Virus record (IMG/VR): IMGVR_UViG_2851775564_000002
Coordinates: 34,219 to 98,218 of that record
Length of the DNA stretch: 64,000 nucleotides
Direction: 5' to 3' (one strand)
DNA from: a virus
Lineage: Duplodnaviria > Caudoviricetes
In this document: positions 37,377 through 47,042 of the stretch, piece by piece
Layout: each line of letters begins with the position of its first letter
How positions within the stretch are numbered: position 1 is the first letter of the stretch
The notes under the pieces: model-generated
Told to the model about the DNA's origin: nothing
What the model saw: the letters and a program-made list of their open reading frames with translations, nothing else
Databases searched by the model: none
Made by a program: the position numbers and the translations under genes

Positions 37377-37635
37377 AGCAACTAGTCTCATAGATATAAC
37401 AAATGAATATCTTAATGATAAGATTGATGTAGAACAATTTATTAGTTCTTATCAAAATAGATATGAGGATATTCAGGTAAAATTAAGCGGAATTGAGCTG
37501 GATAGTCTTGATAAAGTATATATGAGTTGTGAAATGTTTGAACCAGACAGTAATATTGCTGAAACAGACAAAAATTTAATTGATGAATTTGAACTTAGGA
37601 AAAGAGTTAAGAAATATAGTTCATTGATTCAATAA
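37366..37635 (+). CDS. Colicin D immunity-like protein
   Basis: 89-aa acidic protein; YMSCEMFEPD..IDE.EL...V resembles the ImmD C-terminus as recalled; overlaps toxin gene. Confidence 0.75.
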   Translation: MTSEATSLIDITNEYLNDKIDVEQFISSYQNRYEDIQVKLSGIELDSLDKVYMSCEMFEPDSNIAETDKNLIDEFELRKRVKKYSSLIQ

Positions 37636-37674
37636 AAACACTTACTAGGTAAAATAGTAGGTGCTTTTATTTTT
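37636..37674 (+). terminator. Intrinsic terminator
   Basis: CACTTACTA/TAGTAGGTG stem plus T run. Confidence 0.7.
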
Positions 37675-37685
37675 AGGAGGACATT

Positions 37686-37967
37686 ATGAAAAATAATTTA
37701 AAAGAGACGTTGAAAAGGTCAGAAATAAAATGTGATTTTTGTGGTAAAACATTTAAAATAAAAAAATTAAAAACTAAATGGATAGACAATAATGTCCAGA
37801 GAACCTATTTTATTTGCCCACATTGTAAGAAAGAATATACTTCTTTTTATGCAGATAGAAGAATAAGAAAAAATATTAAAAAAATAGATGATTTACAAAG
37901 GCAACATGATGCAATAGTTAAGGAAAATAAAGAAATAATGCATGAACTTAGAGAAAAATATGATTAG
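37686..37967 (+). CDS. Zinc-ribbon phage protein
   Basis: CDFC and CPHC. Confidence 0.65.
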   Translation: MKNNLKETLKRSEIKCDFCGKTFKIKKLKTKWIDNNVQRTYFICPHCKKEYTSFYADRRIRKNIKKIDDLQRQHDAIVKENKEIMHELREKYD

Positions 37968-37978
37968 AGGTTGAGATC

Positions 37979-38203
37979 ATGAAAGATTACTTAATATGGC
38001 TTAAAAGTGGTGAAACCATAAATGGAACTGCTGAAGAAGATATTATAAAAATGTTACAATGTAGATTTAAAGATCATATAGGCGGAAAAGAAATCATTTC
38101 ATTTGCTGATGAAGATGGTACTGTAGTTTTAGATATAGATAGAATTGAGGCTGTGGCAATTAACAAATATGTGGAAAATAATAAACTAGGATTTAGGTCT
38201 TAG
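37979..38203 (+). CDS. Phage hypothetical protein
   Basis: RBS GAGG; head module. Confidence 0.6.
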   Translation: MKDYLIWLKSGETINGTAEEDIIKMLQCRFKDHIGGKEIISFADEDGTVVLDIDRIEAVAINKYVENNKLGFRS

Positions 38204-38251
38204 AAATAAGGCTTTTTATTATGCCTAAAATTAAGAAAGGAAGAGGATATA

Positions 38252-38896
38252 ATGCCAAAGTTAAATGAAATTTTAGGAGAAGAAGCTTACAAAGCTATTC
38301 CAGATGGAGTAAAGAACAAATATAAAGATATAGATCTAGTGGATAGTAAAAGCTATGTTGAAAAATCTGAACTTGATACCGCAAATAATTCTATTAAAGA
38401 TTATAAAAAGCAGCTTAAAGACAGGGACAAACAGCTTGAGGATCTAAAGGAAAAAGCGAAAGGCAATGAAGAACTTACAACTGAGATTGAAAAGCTCAAA
38501 GAAGAAAATAAAAATGTTACTAAGGACTGTGAAGCTAAAATTGAAAAACTAAATTTTGATACTAAATTAGATAAGGCTCTTGCAAGTGCTAAGGCTAAGA
38601 ACCCTAAAACGGTCAAAGCACTTTTAAATATAGAAAACTTGAAGCTTGATGGTGGAGATATTATAGGACTTAAAGAGCAACTTGAAGGTTTAAAAGAATC
38701 TGATGGATATTTATTTAATGAAGATGGTAAAGAGAATAATTTAGGAGGTAATGCAAACCCAGGTGGAACTGGGAATATAGGTAATCCAGGATCTACAGGA
38801 ACAGATAAAGTTATGAACATAGGTGAAAGGCTTGCAAGGCAAAGGACAGAACAGCAAGCAGCAGCTAAAGGTATCGACGACTTTTTATTAAAATAG
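38252..38896 (+). CDS. Capsid scaffolding protein (GP20-like)
   Basis: LKDRDKQLEDLK, AKAKNPK.VKALL, GL.EQL..LKESD.YLF. Confidence 0.9.
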   Translation: MPKLNEILGEEAYKAIPDGVKNKYKDIDLVDSKSYVEKSELDTANNSIKDYKKQLKDRDKQLEDLKEKAKGNEELTTEIEKLKEENKNVTKDCEAKIEKLNFDTKLDKALASAKAKNPKTVKALLNIENLKLDGGDIIGLKEQLEGLKESDGYLFNEDGKENNLGGNANPGGTGNIGNPGSTGTDKVMNIGERLARQRTEQQAAAKGIDDFLLK

Positions 38897-38908
38897 GAGG
38901 AATAAAAA

Positions 38909-39250
38909 TTGAGTATTCAATCATCAAAAACAATTTTTGGAGAAAATAAAAATATACTTAGGGATGCGCAGCACTTTATAAGTTTACCAATCAAAGTTAA
39001 TTCAAGTTTAATTACAGCAGATGCCAATGGCAAGAAGGTATTAGCAGCTGGAAGTATCGTAGACAAGACAGGAAAGATAGTTAATGACAATACTGCTTAT
39101 GGACTTGTATATGAAGATGTTGATTTTACTAACTCTACAGGAGTAGAAACAGTTCCAGTGGTTGTTCATGGAATCATAGATAGCAAACAGATACCTACTC
39201 AACCGACAGCAGAGGCACTTTTAGCAATGAAACTCATAGAAATAGTCTAG
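38909..39250 (+). CDS. Head decoration protein
   Basis: ADANGKKVL.AG..GL.YEDVD; between scaffold and capsid. Confidence 0.7.
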   Translation: MSIQSSKTIFGENKNILRDAQHFISLPIKVNSSLITADANGKKVLAAGSIVDKTGKIVNDNTAYGLVYEDVDFTNSTGVETVPVVVHGIIDSKQIPTQPTAEALLAMKLIEIV

Positions 39251-39258
39251 AAAGGAAG

Positions 39259-40308
39259 ATGATATTAATGGCAATTAATTTTATGGATGTTTTGAATCCT
39301 GAAAATGTGACAACTTATATAACAAATTTACCACCCCAGAACTTATTAGGTGCGGCTTTATTTCCGGCATCAAAACAAATGGGAATAGATATAACCCTTA
39401 TAAAAGGTGCTAAAAATAAGGCCGTAGCATTAAAACCAAGTGCTTTTGATGTAGCAGTAAAGGTTAGAGCATTAAGAGCCAGCGTTGATGAAAAAACTAA
39501 GGAAATGCCTTTCTTCAAGGAATCTGTAGTTATAAAAGAAAGAGATAGGCAAAATTTACTTTTAGCTATGCAGGCAAACAATCAGCAGATGAGAGATTTA
39601 ATCCTTAATAATATTTATGGGGATATTTCTACTTTAGTTGATGGCGCAGACATTCAAGCTGAAAGAATGAGGATGCAATTACTATCTGATGGGAAAATAT
39701 ATATTTCAACTGCTGATGCAGACATTTCTTTAGATTTTGAAATACCTGCAGGGCATCAAGAAGTACTTACAGGAACTGCTAAATGGAGTGATTTTGATAA
39801 TGCGGATATTGTAGGAGATATAGAAAGATGGGTAAATAAAATTGAAACAGATCAGGGGGTTACTCCTTCAATACTTGTTATGACTAAAGCTACTTTTAAT
39901 TTGATAAAGCAAAATAAGGCTATAAAATTAGATATAAACAAAGACGGCACAACCATAATGACAGATGCAATTATAACTGCATATCTGCAAAACAAGTTAG
40001 GTGTTAGTGTTGCTATTGAGAATGGAAAATATTTTGACGAGGATGGAACTACTCAACTTCCATATTATCCAGATAATAAAATAACTTTAATTCCTAAAGG
40101 CACTCTTGGAAATACTCACTACGGTACAACTCCAGAAGAAGCTGATTTAATGAGTGGTGCCTCTGCTAATGTATCTATAGTTAGAAATGGAATAGCTGTA
40201 ACAACAGTAAAGAAAACAGATCCGGTGCAGATACAAACCAAGGTATCCCAAATTTGTATGCCTTCATTTGAACATTCAGATGAAGTATTTATAGCAACTG
40301 TAGCATAG
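39259..40308 (+). CDS. Major capsid protein (lambda gpE-like)
   Basis: MPFFKES, E.MRMQLL..GK, YGTTPEE.DL, DPV. Confidence 0.9.
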   Translation: MILMAINFMDVLNPENVTTYITNLPPQNLLGAALFPASKQMGIDITLIKGAKNKAVALKPSAFDVAVKVRALRASVDEKTKEMPFFKESVVIKERDRQNLLLAMQANNQQMRDLILNNIYGDISTLVDGADIQAERMRMQLLSDGKIYISTADADISLDFEIPAGHQEVLTGTAKWSDFDNADIVGDIERWVNKIETDQGVTPSILVMTKATFNLIKQNKAIKLDINKDGTTIMTDAIITAYLQNKLGVSVAIENGKYFDEDGTTQLPYYPDNKITLIPKGTLGNTHYGTTPEEADLMSGASANVSIVRNGIAVTTVKKTDPVQIQTKVSQICMPSFEHSDEVFIATVA

Positions 40309-40359
40309 ATAGATTAATTTCTTATCTATACTTAATTTATTATGAAAGGATTGATATAA

Positions 40360-40557
40360 ATGGCAACAACTAAGGCCAAGGAAGATATGATTGAGGTAAT
40401 TGCAAAGGTTAATATAAAATATGATACCAAAACTAAAAAAGTTGGAGAAAAGCTTCAAATAAGGCAATCTGATTTAAAAGAATTACAGGATAAGGAATAT
40501 ATAAGTTATACTCCATCAGTACAAACACAGCAGACTGGGCAGGACAATGGTCAGTAA
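40360..40557 (+). CDS. Small head-module protein
   Basis: RBS GAAAGGA; position. Confidence 0.55.
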   Translation: MATTKAKEDMIEVIAKVNIKYDTKTKKVGEKLQIRQSDLKELQDKEYISYTPSVQTQQTGQDNGQ

Positions 40558-40592
40558 GTTCCTCCAGCTGATAAGTAAGCAGGTGAAAAATT

Positions 40593-40868
40593 ATGGTTAC
40601 TAATTTAGATATTTTAAAATTCAATTTACAAGAAAAGGAGTATCCTTATTTTGATGATGAGGACCTTCAACTTTTGTTGGATAAAAATAATGGAGATGTG
40701 CAAGCAGCATCTTATAAGGGCTGTATGAAAAAGGCTGTGGCAGATGATTCACTTACCTTATCCGATATAAAGTTAACTAGCAATAGAGAATATTGGCTTG
40801 CATTTGCAAAACAATTTAAACCAGCACCGAATTATATTACAAGCATGAAAAGAGCTGATGGCCAATGA
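40593..40868 (+). CDS. Head-tail adaptor
   Basis: YPYFDDEDLQLLL; position. Confidence 0.7.
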   Translation: MVTNLDILKFNLQEKEYPYFDDEDLQLLLDKNNGDVQAASYKGCMKKAVADDSLTLSDIKLTSNREYWLAFAKQFKPAPNYITSMKRADGQ

Positions 40869-41239
40869 GATGGGATGAAACTAGAAAACAGAGGATAAGG
40901 AATCAACTAATTAGAAAAGTAACACCTTTTATGAAAGAAGTAAAAGTTTTAAGACAGGGTGAAAATATATTTGGAGAGAAGCAGGAGGATCAGTTCGTTT
41001 GCAAAGTAAAAGGATATTATCACGCTGGAGGTACTTCTATTAATGTAGTTAATTATAGTATAGATGCTGCAAATCTTAATAGAAACTATCAGGACAGGTT
41101 TTTAATAGTGGTTGATGATGAAGTTAGGAAAATAAAAGAACATGATTATTTTGATCTAAGTGGTATTAAGTACGAAATAGTTGATAAGGGTAACATAGAA
41201 GATATTATATATGATTCATATTTAAAAAGATTGGAGTGA
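40865..41239 (+). CDS. Head closure protein
   Basis: Position, size, ATGA coupling. Confidence 0.6.
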   Translation: MRWDETRKQRIRNQLIRKVTPFMKEVKVLRQGENIFGEKQEDQFVCKVKGYYHAGGTSINVVNYSIDAANLNRNYQDRFLIVVDDEVRKIKEHDYFDLSGIKYEIVDKGNIEDIIYDSYLKRLE

Positions 41240-41679
41240 TTTTTATGTCTGGGTTTAAATTTGATGCTGCTGATTTACTAAAAAGGATTGCTGAAAATGG
41301 TGAAGTAAATAATAGGATGAAAGCAGCTGCAGGAATTTATTGTGATAGTGCGGGAAAAAAGATGGAGGGTTATGCTAAAAATAATGCCCCTTGGAAAAAT
41401 AGAACCGGTAATGCAAGACAAACTATAAAAGGTGGATCTAAATGGGAGAGCCAAAGTAAATGCAGTGCTTATATTGCAGGAAATATGGAGTATTCACCAT
41501 ATCTAGAATTAGCTCATGCCAAAGGGAAAAGTCAAGATGATGAAGTCGGCATGGAAGTAGCTCCTTCTTTTTCAAAGTTGGAACTTGCTAGTGAAGGCAA
41601 GTATGCAATACTTAGACCAACAGTTAGAAAACTTACACCTGAATTTATTAGTGGCATGGCGAATTTATTAGGAAAATAG
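41236..41679 (+). CDS. HK97 gp10-like neck protein
   Basis: AK.NAPW..RTGNARQ, Y..YLELA, KYAIL.PT. Confidence 0.8.
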   Translation: MIFMSGFKFDAADLLKRIAENGEVNNRMKAAAGIYCDSAGKKMEGYAKNNAPWKNRTGNARQTIKGGSKWESQSKCSAYIAGNMEYSPYLELAHAKGKSQDDEVGMEVAPSFSKLELASEGKYAILRPTVRKLTPEFISGMANLLGK

Positions 41680-42120
41680 GTGTTTTTTATGGCAGAAATA
41701 GATTTTAAATATGCAGTTCCAGGAGATATCTTAGAAAACTATATAAAAGGAACTTATAAACCGCGTACCGTGTGGGAACGTGTTTTTTTATGTTTAAAAA
41801 GTAAAGGGGTAGACATATATTCTCCTGGACAACATAAGGGCAAATGTACAAATCCTTATATAGTTTTAAAGAATACAGGAACTACAGGATTTGAAGGAAG
41901 TAATCAAATAGGATCACAAACTTTAGATGTTATTATTTATTGTCCCTCAAGTAATTATTCAAATACGGAGCCTTATACATCACAGATCCAAAGCTTTTTA
42001 AGCGAATTAAAAGAATATATACGACCTACTGGGAACATTACACCTATAGTTTTAGATGATAGTGTAAATGGATACACACAATCAATAGAATATCAAACAT
42101 TTCAAAGATTAAGGAGGTAG
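41680..42120 (+). CDS. Tail terminator-like protein
   Basis: YSPGQHKG.C..PY.V; precedes major tail gene. Confidence 0.65.
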   Translation: MFFMAEIDFKYAVPGDILENYIKGTYKPRTVWERVFLCLKSKGVDIYSPGQHKGKCTNPYIVLKNTGTTGFEGSNQIGSQTLDVIIYCPSSNYSNTEPYTSQIQSFLSELKEYIRPTGNITPIVLDDSVNGYTQSIEYQTFQRLRR

Positions 42121-42125
42121 ATATA

Positions 42126-43046
42126 ATGTCAGAAAGTACAAGCTCAACCGGAACTGAAATTCAAGGTATGCCAATAGCAAATATTGCACTAGCTGAAATT
42201 ATAAATGAAGTTACCGGACAAAGGTATTATTTTGATACTGCTGAAAAAGCTGATATTAAGCCGGATTTGAGTAAAGGCAAAGAAGATATACTTAGGGTGA
42301 AGAATAGAATAATTGCTATGAACCGTACAGAAGATATTTGCATTGGATATAATATAAAGTTAACTGACAATACTTTTCCACCAGAGTTAATGTGCTTAGT
42401 AGATGGTGGAACTATGACAAGCAGTGGTTATGAAGGACCTCAAATTGGAGTTGCAGTGAATAAAACACCTTTTACTCTAAACCTGTACAGCGAAGAAAAA
42501 GATTATGATTCCTCTACTGTAAAGTATGTTAAATTTGGTTTTAAACATAATAAAGGGACACCAGTAGAATTTAAATTTGAAGATGGTAAGTTTTATGTGC
42601 CTGAATTTGAAAGCCATAGCAGACCTAAAAAAGGCGAGAAACCTGTATACATTGAGTATGTGGATAGGTTGCCTAATGGGGATGAAAGTGATGACCCAAC
42701 TAAGCCAAGTAGTGTAACAGTACCAGATCCACCAACTCCAACAAGTCCTGATTCATCTAAAGGTATTCCAGGAGTTACTGTAGGAACTGATTGCAGAGTA
42801 ACATGGACTTTTGCGGATGCTGTAAATGATGCAGATGTAACAGCTGCTAATTTTAAAGTTACTAAAAAATCCGATGGTTCAGTAGTCACTGGTAATGTAA
42901 CTATGGATACAACTAAAAAGATAATTACGTTTATACCTACTTCAATAGCTGCAGGAGTAACATATGAAGCTACAGCTAATGCAGTTAGAAAAGCAGATGG
43001 AAGCGGAAATACAACAGCTATAACGGTTGAATTTACTACAGCATAG
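42126..43046 (+). CDS. Major tail protein with P/T/S linker and C-terminal Ig-like domain
   Basis: Position; C-terminal TF..AV..V.G.V..ITF.P..TY..FTT pattern. Confidence 0.78.
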   Translation: MSESTSSTGTEIQGMPIANIALAEIINEVTGQRYYFDTAEKADIKPDLSKGKEDILRVKNRIIAMNRTEDICIGYNIKLTDNTFPPELMCLVDGGTMTSSGYEGPQIGVAVNKTPFTLNLYSEEKDYDSSTVKYVKFGFKHNKGTPVEFKFEDGKFYVPEFESHSRPKKGEKPVYIEYVDRLPNGDESDDPTKPSSVTVPDPPTPTSPDSSKGIPGVTVGTDCRVTWTFADAVNDADVTAANFKVTKKSDGSVVTGNVTMDTTKKIITFIPTSIAAGVTYEATANAVRKADGSGNTTAITVEFTTA

Positions 43047-43067
43047 AGTTTAGGAGGGTAAAAATAT

Positions 43068-43523
43068 ATGGAAGAATTAAAGGTTACAAGTTTGGAAGAG
43101 TTAAAAAATATGTCTACAGAAATAATAGAATTGAGTTCTTTTTCAGGGAATAAGCCTTTTTATGTAAGAGTAAAAAGGCTTTCTATTTTAGGGTTATGCC
43201 AAAGTGGGCAAATACCTAATCAGCTTTTGGGTGTAGCCAGAAGATTATTTTATCAGGACAAGATAGATCAAATAGATCTAAAAGAATATGGAAAAGTTAT
43301 TGACATAATTTGTGAAAGTACATTAGTAGAGCCAAGTATAGAACAACTTAAAGGAATAGGATTAGAGTTAACTGATACACAAAAATTTGAGTTATGGGCA
43401 TATAGTCAACAGGGGGTAGAAGGTTTAAAATCCTTTCGTACAGCAGCAAAGGATACTCTCAATAATAGTGATGGCAAGGACGTACAAAATAAGACCAAGC
43501 AAAATTTTAAACATAGAAAATGA
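43068..43523 (+). CDS. Tail assembly chaperone G
   Basis: G.IPN.LL, LVEPS..G.ELTD.Q, G...LKSFR; between tail tube and tape measure genes. Confidence 0.75.
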   Translation: MEELKVTSLEELKNMSTEIIELSSFSGNKPFYVRVKRLSILGLCQSGQIPNQLLGVARRLFYQDKIDQIDLKEYGKVIDIICESTLVEPSIEQLKGIGLELTDTQKFELWAYSQQGVEGLKSFRTAAKDTLNNSDGKDVQNKTKQNFKHRK

Positions 43524-43683
43524 TTATGATGCATTTTGTTTTGATGAAGCGTGTGATTATATACTATATGAATTAAGCAAGGAAAATCCTAAAGCACCAA
43601 GATGGAAGAATGAAGAAAAGAATACAGCTAATGATAATAAGTCTACAATTGAATGGATGATGAAACATAATAAATCCCTATAA
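43435..43683 (+). CDS. Tail assembly chaperone T segment, probably reached by +1 frameshift
   Basis: +1 frame opens after TAA 43426-43428; RPS..AFCFDEAC; no clear RBS before GTG 43468. Confidence 0.65.
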   Translation, partial: FVQQQRILSIIVMARTYKIRPSKILNIENDYDAFCFDEACDYILYELSKENPKAPRWKNEEKNTANDNKSTIEWMMKHNKSL

Positions 43684-43760
43684 AATGGTTAATATTGGAC
43701 ATAATGTGAATAATTTTGATATAATGTAGTAAATTATATCATTCAAGAGGGGACATTATT

Positions 43761-44120
43761 ATGGAATTGGATTATATATTTGCGCTTATTTCTATAATTT
43801 TTTTTATTACAATGATAGTTTTTTATTTTAAAAGACCTAAATTTATGAATAAATTAGAATCTATGCTTGTATGTTTGCTTGGATGCTTACTTTATGGATT
43901 TTTGTGTGGAGATTATTATGCAAGTAGTAAGTATCGATTTGAATCATCAGCATTATCTGCTGTATTTGGCATGGTAGGAGAGATATTCCTTGTGGCATTA
44001 ATATATGTGTCTTTTAGCGAAATAAAATGCATGGAGAAATGGCAAGCTATTGTTATATCTTTATTTGGATTTTTATTTTACGAGGCTCTAAGCGGGGTTT
44101 GTTATGGAATCATAAAATAG
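43761..44120 (+). CDS. Four-TM membrane moron
   Basis: Four hydrophobic helices; TGnTATAAT at 43717-43725; terminator near 44124-44152. Confidence 0.7.
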   Translation: MELDYIFALISIIFFITMIVFYFKRPKFMNKLESMLVCLLGCLLYGFLCGDYYASSKYRFESSALSAVFGMVGEIFLVALIYVSFSEIKCMEKWQAIVISLFGFLFYEALSGVCYGIIK

Positions 44121-44171
44121 TCTAAAAAGAATCACTTAGGTAGTTCTTTTTTCTTTGAAAATACACATAAG

Positions 44172-44294
44172 GATATTGTTAAATCTCTAAATGAAAAGGC
44201 TAATGTAATAGAACTGACGGTTAAAGATGTGAAGGAACTGAAACAGAACCAAAATGAAATCAAAGATGATCTTAAAAAGGTTAAAATGGATTAA
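44172..44294 (+). pseudogene. Possible remnant of a BhlA/UviB-like coiled-coil gene
   Basis: DIVKSLNEKANVIELTVKDVKELK...* without start. Confidence 0.3.
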
Positions 44295-44335
44295 ATAAAA
44301 TTTAATATATGAGTGAGCACTTACTTTTTTAGTAG

Positions 44336-46588
44336 GTGCTTTTCTCATGTCTGAAAGGAGATGAGGTATATTTGGCAATAAATGCAGGATCTGTAGTTGC
44401 TTTTATGGAGTTAGACACTTCTAGATTTACAAGTGGATTAAGCAGTGCAGGCCAGCAAATGAAACAATTTATGAATTCTAATAATTCTGCAGAAGCTAGG
44501 ATACAAAGTTTAGGCGGGGCAATGAATACTGTGGGTAAAACAGCAACAAAGGGTTTGACAATTCCTTTGGTAGGTGTTGGAACAGCTGCTACGAAAATGA
44601 GTATGGATTTTGGAGCCCAAATGTCTAAGGTTAAGGCAATTAGTGGTGCAACTGGAGATGATTTTAATAAATTAAGAGAGCAGGCTATAAAGCTAGGAGC
44701 TGATACAAATTTTAGTGCAAGTGAAGCTGCTGGAGGTATGGAGAACTTAGCTAGTGCAGGATTTAGTGTAAATGAAATAATGCAAGCTATGCCAGGAATG
44801 CTGGACTTAGCAGCAGCAGGTGATGTAAGTATTGCAGATGCGAGTGATATAGCAAGTGGTGCATTAAGGGGTTTTGGTATGGAAGCCGATAAAACCTCCC
44901 ATGTTGCAGATGTCTTAGCAAAAACAGCAGCTGATACTAATGCAGGAATAACAGATACTGGAGAAGCTATGAAGTATATTGCTCCAGTTGCACATTCACT
45001 TGGAATCAGTTTTGAAGATACGGCAGCTGCTATCGGATTGTTAAGTAATGCCAACATCAAAGGAAGCCAGGCGGGTACTACATTAAGAAGTGCTTTAACT
45101 AATCTTGCAAGTCCTACTAAACAGGCAAGCAAGGTTATGCAAGAATTAGGTATGAATTTTTTTGATGCACACGGTAAGATGTTACCTTTAGGACAAGTAA
45201 TACAGCAATTACAAGATAAGACTAAAGGATTAACAGAACAACAAAAGGCAAGTGTTATGGAAACATTGTTTGGTAAAGAAGCTATGTCAGGAATGCTTGC
45301 CTTAGTTGATCAGGGGCCTGATAAATTTAATAAGCTTACAAAAGGGTTAAAAAATTGTGATGGTGCGGGTCATGAAATGGCAACTACCATGCAGAAAAAC
45401 CTAAAAGGTGCTATTGAATCAATGAAAGGATCTCTTGAAACTTTAGGAATAAGGGTAGGAGATGTCTTAGCTCCTGGAATAAAGAAAGCTGCCAATTTTG
45501 TAGCTGCATTAGCAAATGCTTTTAATAAACTTCCAAGACCAATGCAAACTATAATTGTTTATGCTGGGGTTATGGCTGCAGCATTTGGACCTACAATGAT
45601 TATATTTAGCAAAATAATAACATCAACTGCTACAGTAGTTGGGGCTATGGGTAAAATAGGAGATGCCACAAAAGCAATGGGGAAAGCTTTTAAGGATCTT
45701 AAATCAGCTGCAAGTATTTTTGCCAAACTACCGGGATTAATTAAGCCGAATGTATTAATAACTATAGGAATTATTGCTGGATTAGGACTAATAGTATATG
45801 AGGTTGTAAAACATTGGGATTGGTTTAAAAAGAAAGCAATAGCTCTAGGGCAAGCTATAAAAGGAGTGTTTACATCTATAGGTGATGCTCTTACTACATT
45901 AATAACATCGTTTAAAAAATTACCTCAAGTCGTTGTATTCATGATTGACGGTATCGTAAAGGGTATAGCTGAAGGAATACCAAAAGTTATTAAATCTATA
46001 ATTAATCTTGGAAAGAGATTACTCGAATCATTTAAAGATTTTTTTGGAATTCATTCACCGTCAACAGTTTTCACCGAATTAGGGGTTTTTATGATGGAGG
46101 GACTTGTAAATGGTATAAGTGGTATGGCTAGTAAAATAAAAAACACGATATCGTCTATAGCTAATTCCATAAAAAATACATTTAAATCACTTTTAGGAAT
46201 TCATTCTCCTTCTGTAGTTTTTACAGAATTCGGAGTAAATACTGGTCAGGGTTATATAAATGGATTAGACAAAATGCAAAGTCCTATTAAAAATAGGCTT
46301 GTAAGATTAGCAAATGGTATTAAAAGCTTAGGCAGTGTAAGACCTAAATTAGACGATATTGCATTAAGTGGTGCTTATGAAGGACATTCAGGTGGAAGTT
46401 TAAGTAATATAAGAAATAACTCCAGCAAACTTCTTAATTTTGAACCCAAAATTAATCTGTATGTAACAGTTGCAGATACAGGAGAAAAAGGCACTGCAAA
46501 ACTTACTAATGAAGTAAAATCAATGGCTAAAAGTTCACTTAAAAATGGTCTGGTTGATTTCTTCATGAATGATGTTATAAGAGATTAA
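44336..46588 (+). CDS. Tape measure protein (TP901 family)
   Basis: VKAISGATG..T.FSASEAA..LASAGF, GSQAGT.LR, GIHSPS repeats. Confidence 0.93.
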   Translation: MLFSCLKGDEVYLAINAGSVVAFMELDTSRFTSGLSSAGQQMKQFMNSNNSAEARIQSLGGAMNTVGKTATKGLTIPLVGVGTAATKMSMDFGAQMSKVKAISGATGDDFNKLREQAIKLGADTNFSASEAAGGMENLASAGFSVNEIMQAMPGMLDLAAAGDVSIADASDIASGALRGFGMEADKTSHVADVLAKTAADTNAGITDTGEAMKYIAPVAHSLGISFEDTAAAIGLLSNANIKGSQAGTTLRSALTNLASPTKQASKVMQELGMNFFDAHGKMLPLGQVIQQLQDKTKGLTEQQKASVMETLFGKEAMSGMLALVDQGPDKFNKLTKGLKNCDGAGHEMATTMQKNLKGAIESMKGSLETLGIRVGDVLAPGIKKAANFVAALANAFNKLPRPMQTIIVYAGVMAAAFGPTMIIFSKIITSTATVVGAMGKIGDATKAMGKAFKDLKSAASIFAKLPGLIKPNVLITIGIIAGLGLIVYEVVKHWDWFKKKAIALGQAIKGVFTSIGDALTTLITSFKKLPQVVVFMIDGIVKGIAEGIPKVIKSIINLGKRLLESFKDFFGIHSPSTVFTELGVFMMEGLVNGISGMASKIKNTISSIANSIKNTFKSLLGIHSPSVVFTEFGVNTGQGYINGLDKMQSPIKNRLVRLANGIKSLGSVRPKLDDIALSGAYEGHSGGSLSNIRNNSSKLLNFEPKINLYVTVADTGEKGTAKLTNEVKSMAKSSLKNGLVDFFMNDVIRD

Positions 46589-46607
46589 GATGAGGAGGTA
46601 GTTTATA

Positions 46608-47042
46608 GTGGATATATCTAGACTTAACGAATTTAATATACAACTTTTATATTCAGATGATGCAGATACAGGTGCTGCAATTACAAATTATAAACCTCCT
46701 CGTCCTGCTTATTTTAGAAAGGCTGTTAGAACTGTTTCAGGATATAGTCAGTTTCAGGATAATGTTAAAAGTGACTGTATAATTGAATTTACAGCTGCTT
46801 TTAACATTAAAGGCAATACAGATGCAGAGACTCAGGTAAATGCACAAAAATATCTGGAATTTGTTAAAAGATACAGTGAGAGATTAACCTTAGTGAATGA
46901 ATTTGGAGTAACATACAAAGGTTATCTACAGGAGAAATTTGATCTAGATACAACAATTGAAGGAGATATTTATTATATAGCTACACAGATGCTTTGCAAT
47001 CATGATGTTTCTGGATGGACAGGTGATACAGATGCAGTATAG
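46608..47042 (+). CDS. Distal tail protein-like
   Basis: Directly after tape measure gene; size. Confidence 0.55.
   Translation: MDISRLNEFNIQLLYSDDADTGAAITNYKPPRPAYFRKAVRTVSGYSQFQDNVKSDCIIEFTAAFNIKGNTDAETQVNAQKYLEFVKRYSERLTLVNEFGVTYKGYLQEKFDLDTTIEGDIYYIATQMLCNHDVSGWTGDTDAV

Noticed and set aside
38401-38820. 139-aa minus-strand ORF and similar short antisense ORFs in the track
   Set aside because: Shadows of well-supported genes on the other strand, with no RBS or motifs.
44329-45132. 267-aa antisense ORF over the tape measure gene
   Set aside because: Explained by Ala/Gly-rich codons on the sense strand, which give few antisense stops.
46030-46260. Repeated GIHSPS segment
   Set aside because: Ordinary internal repeat of tape measure proteins.
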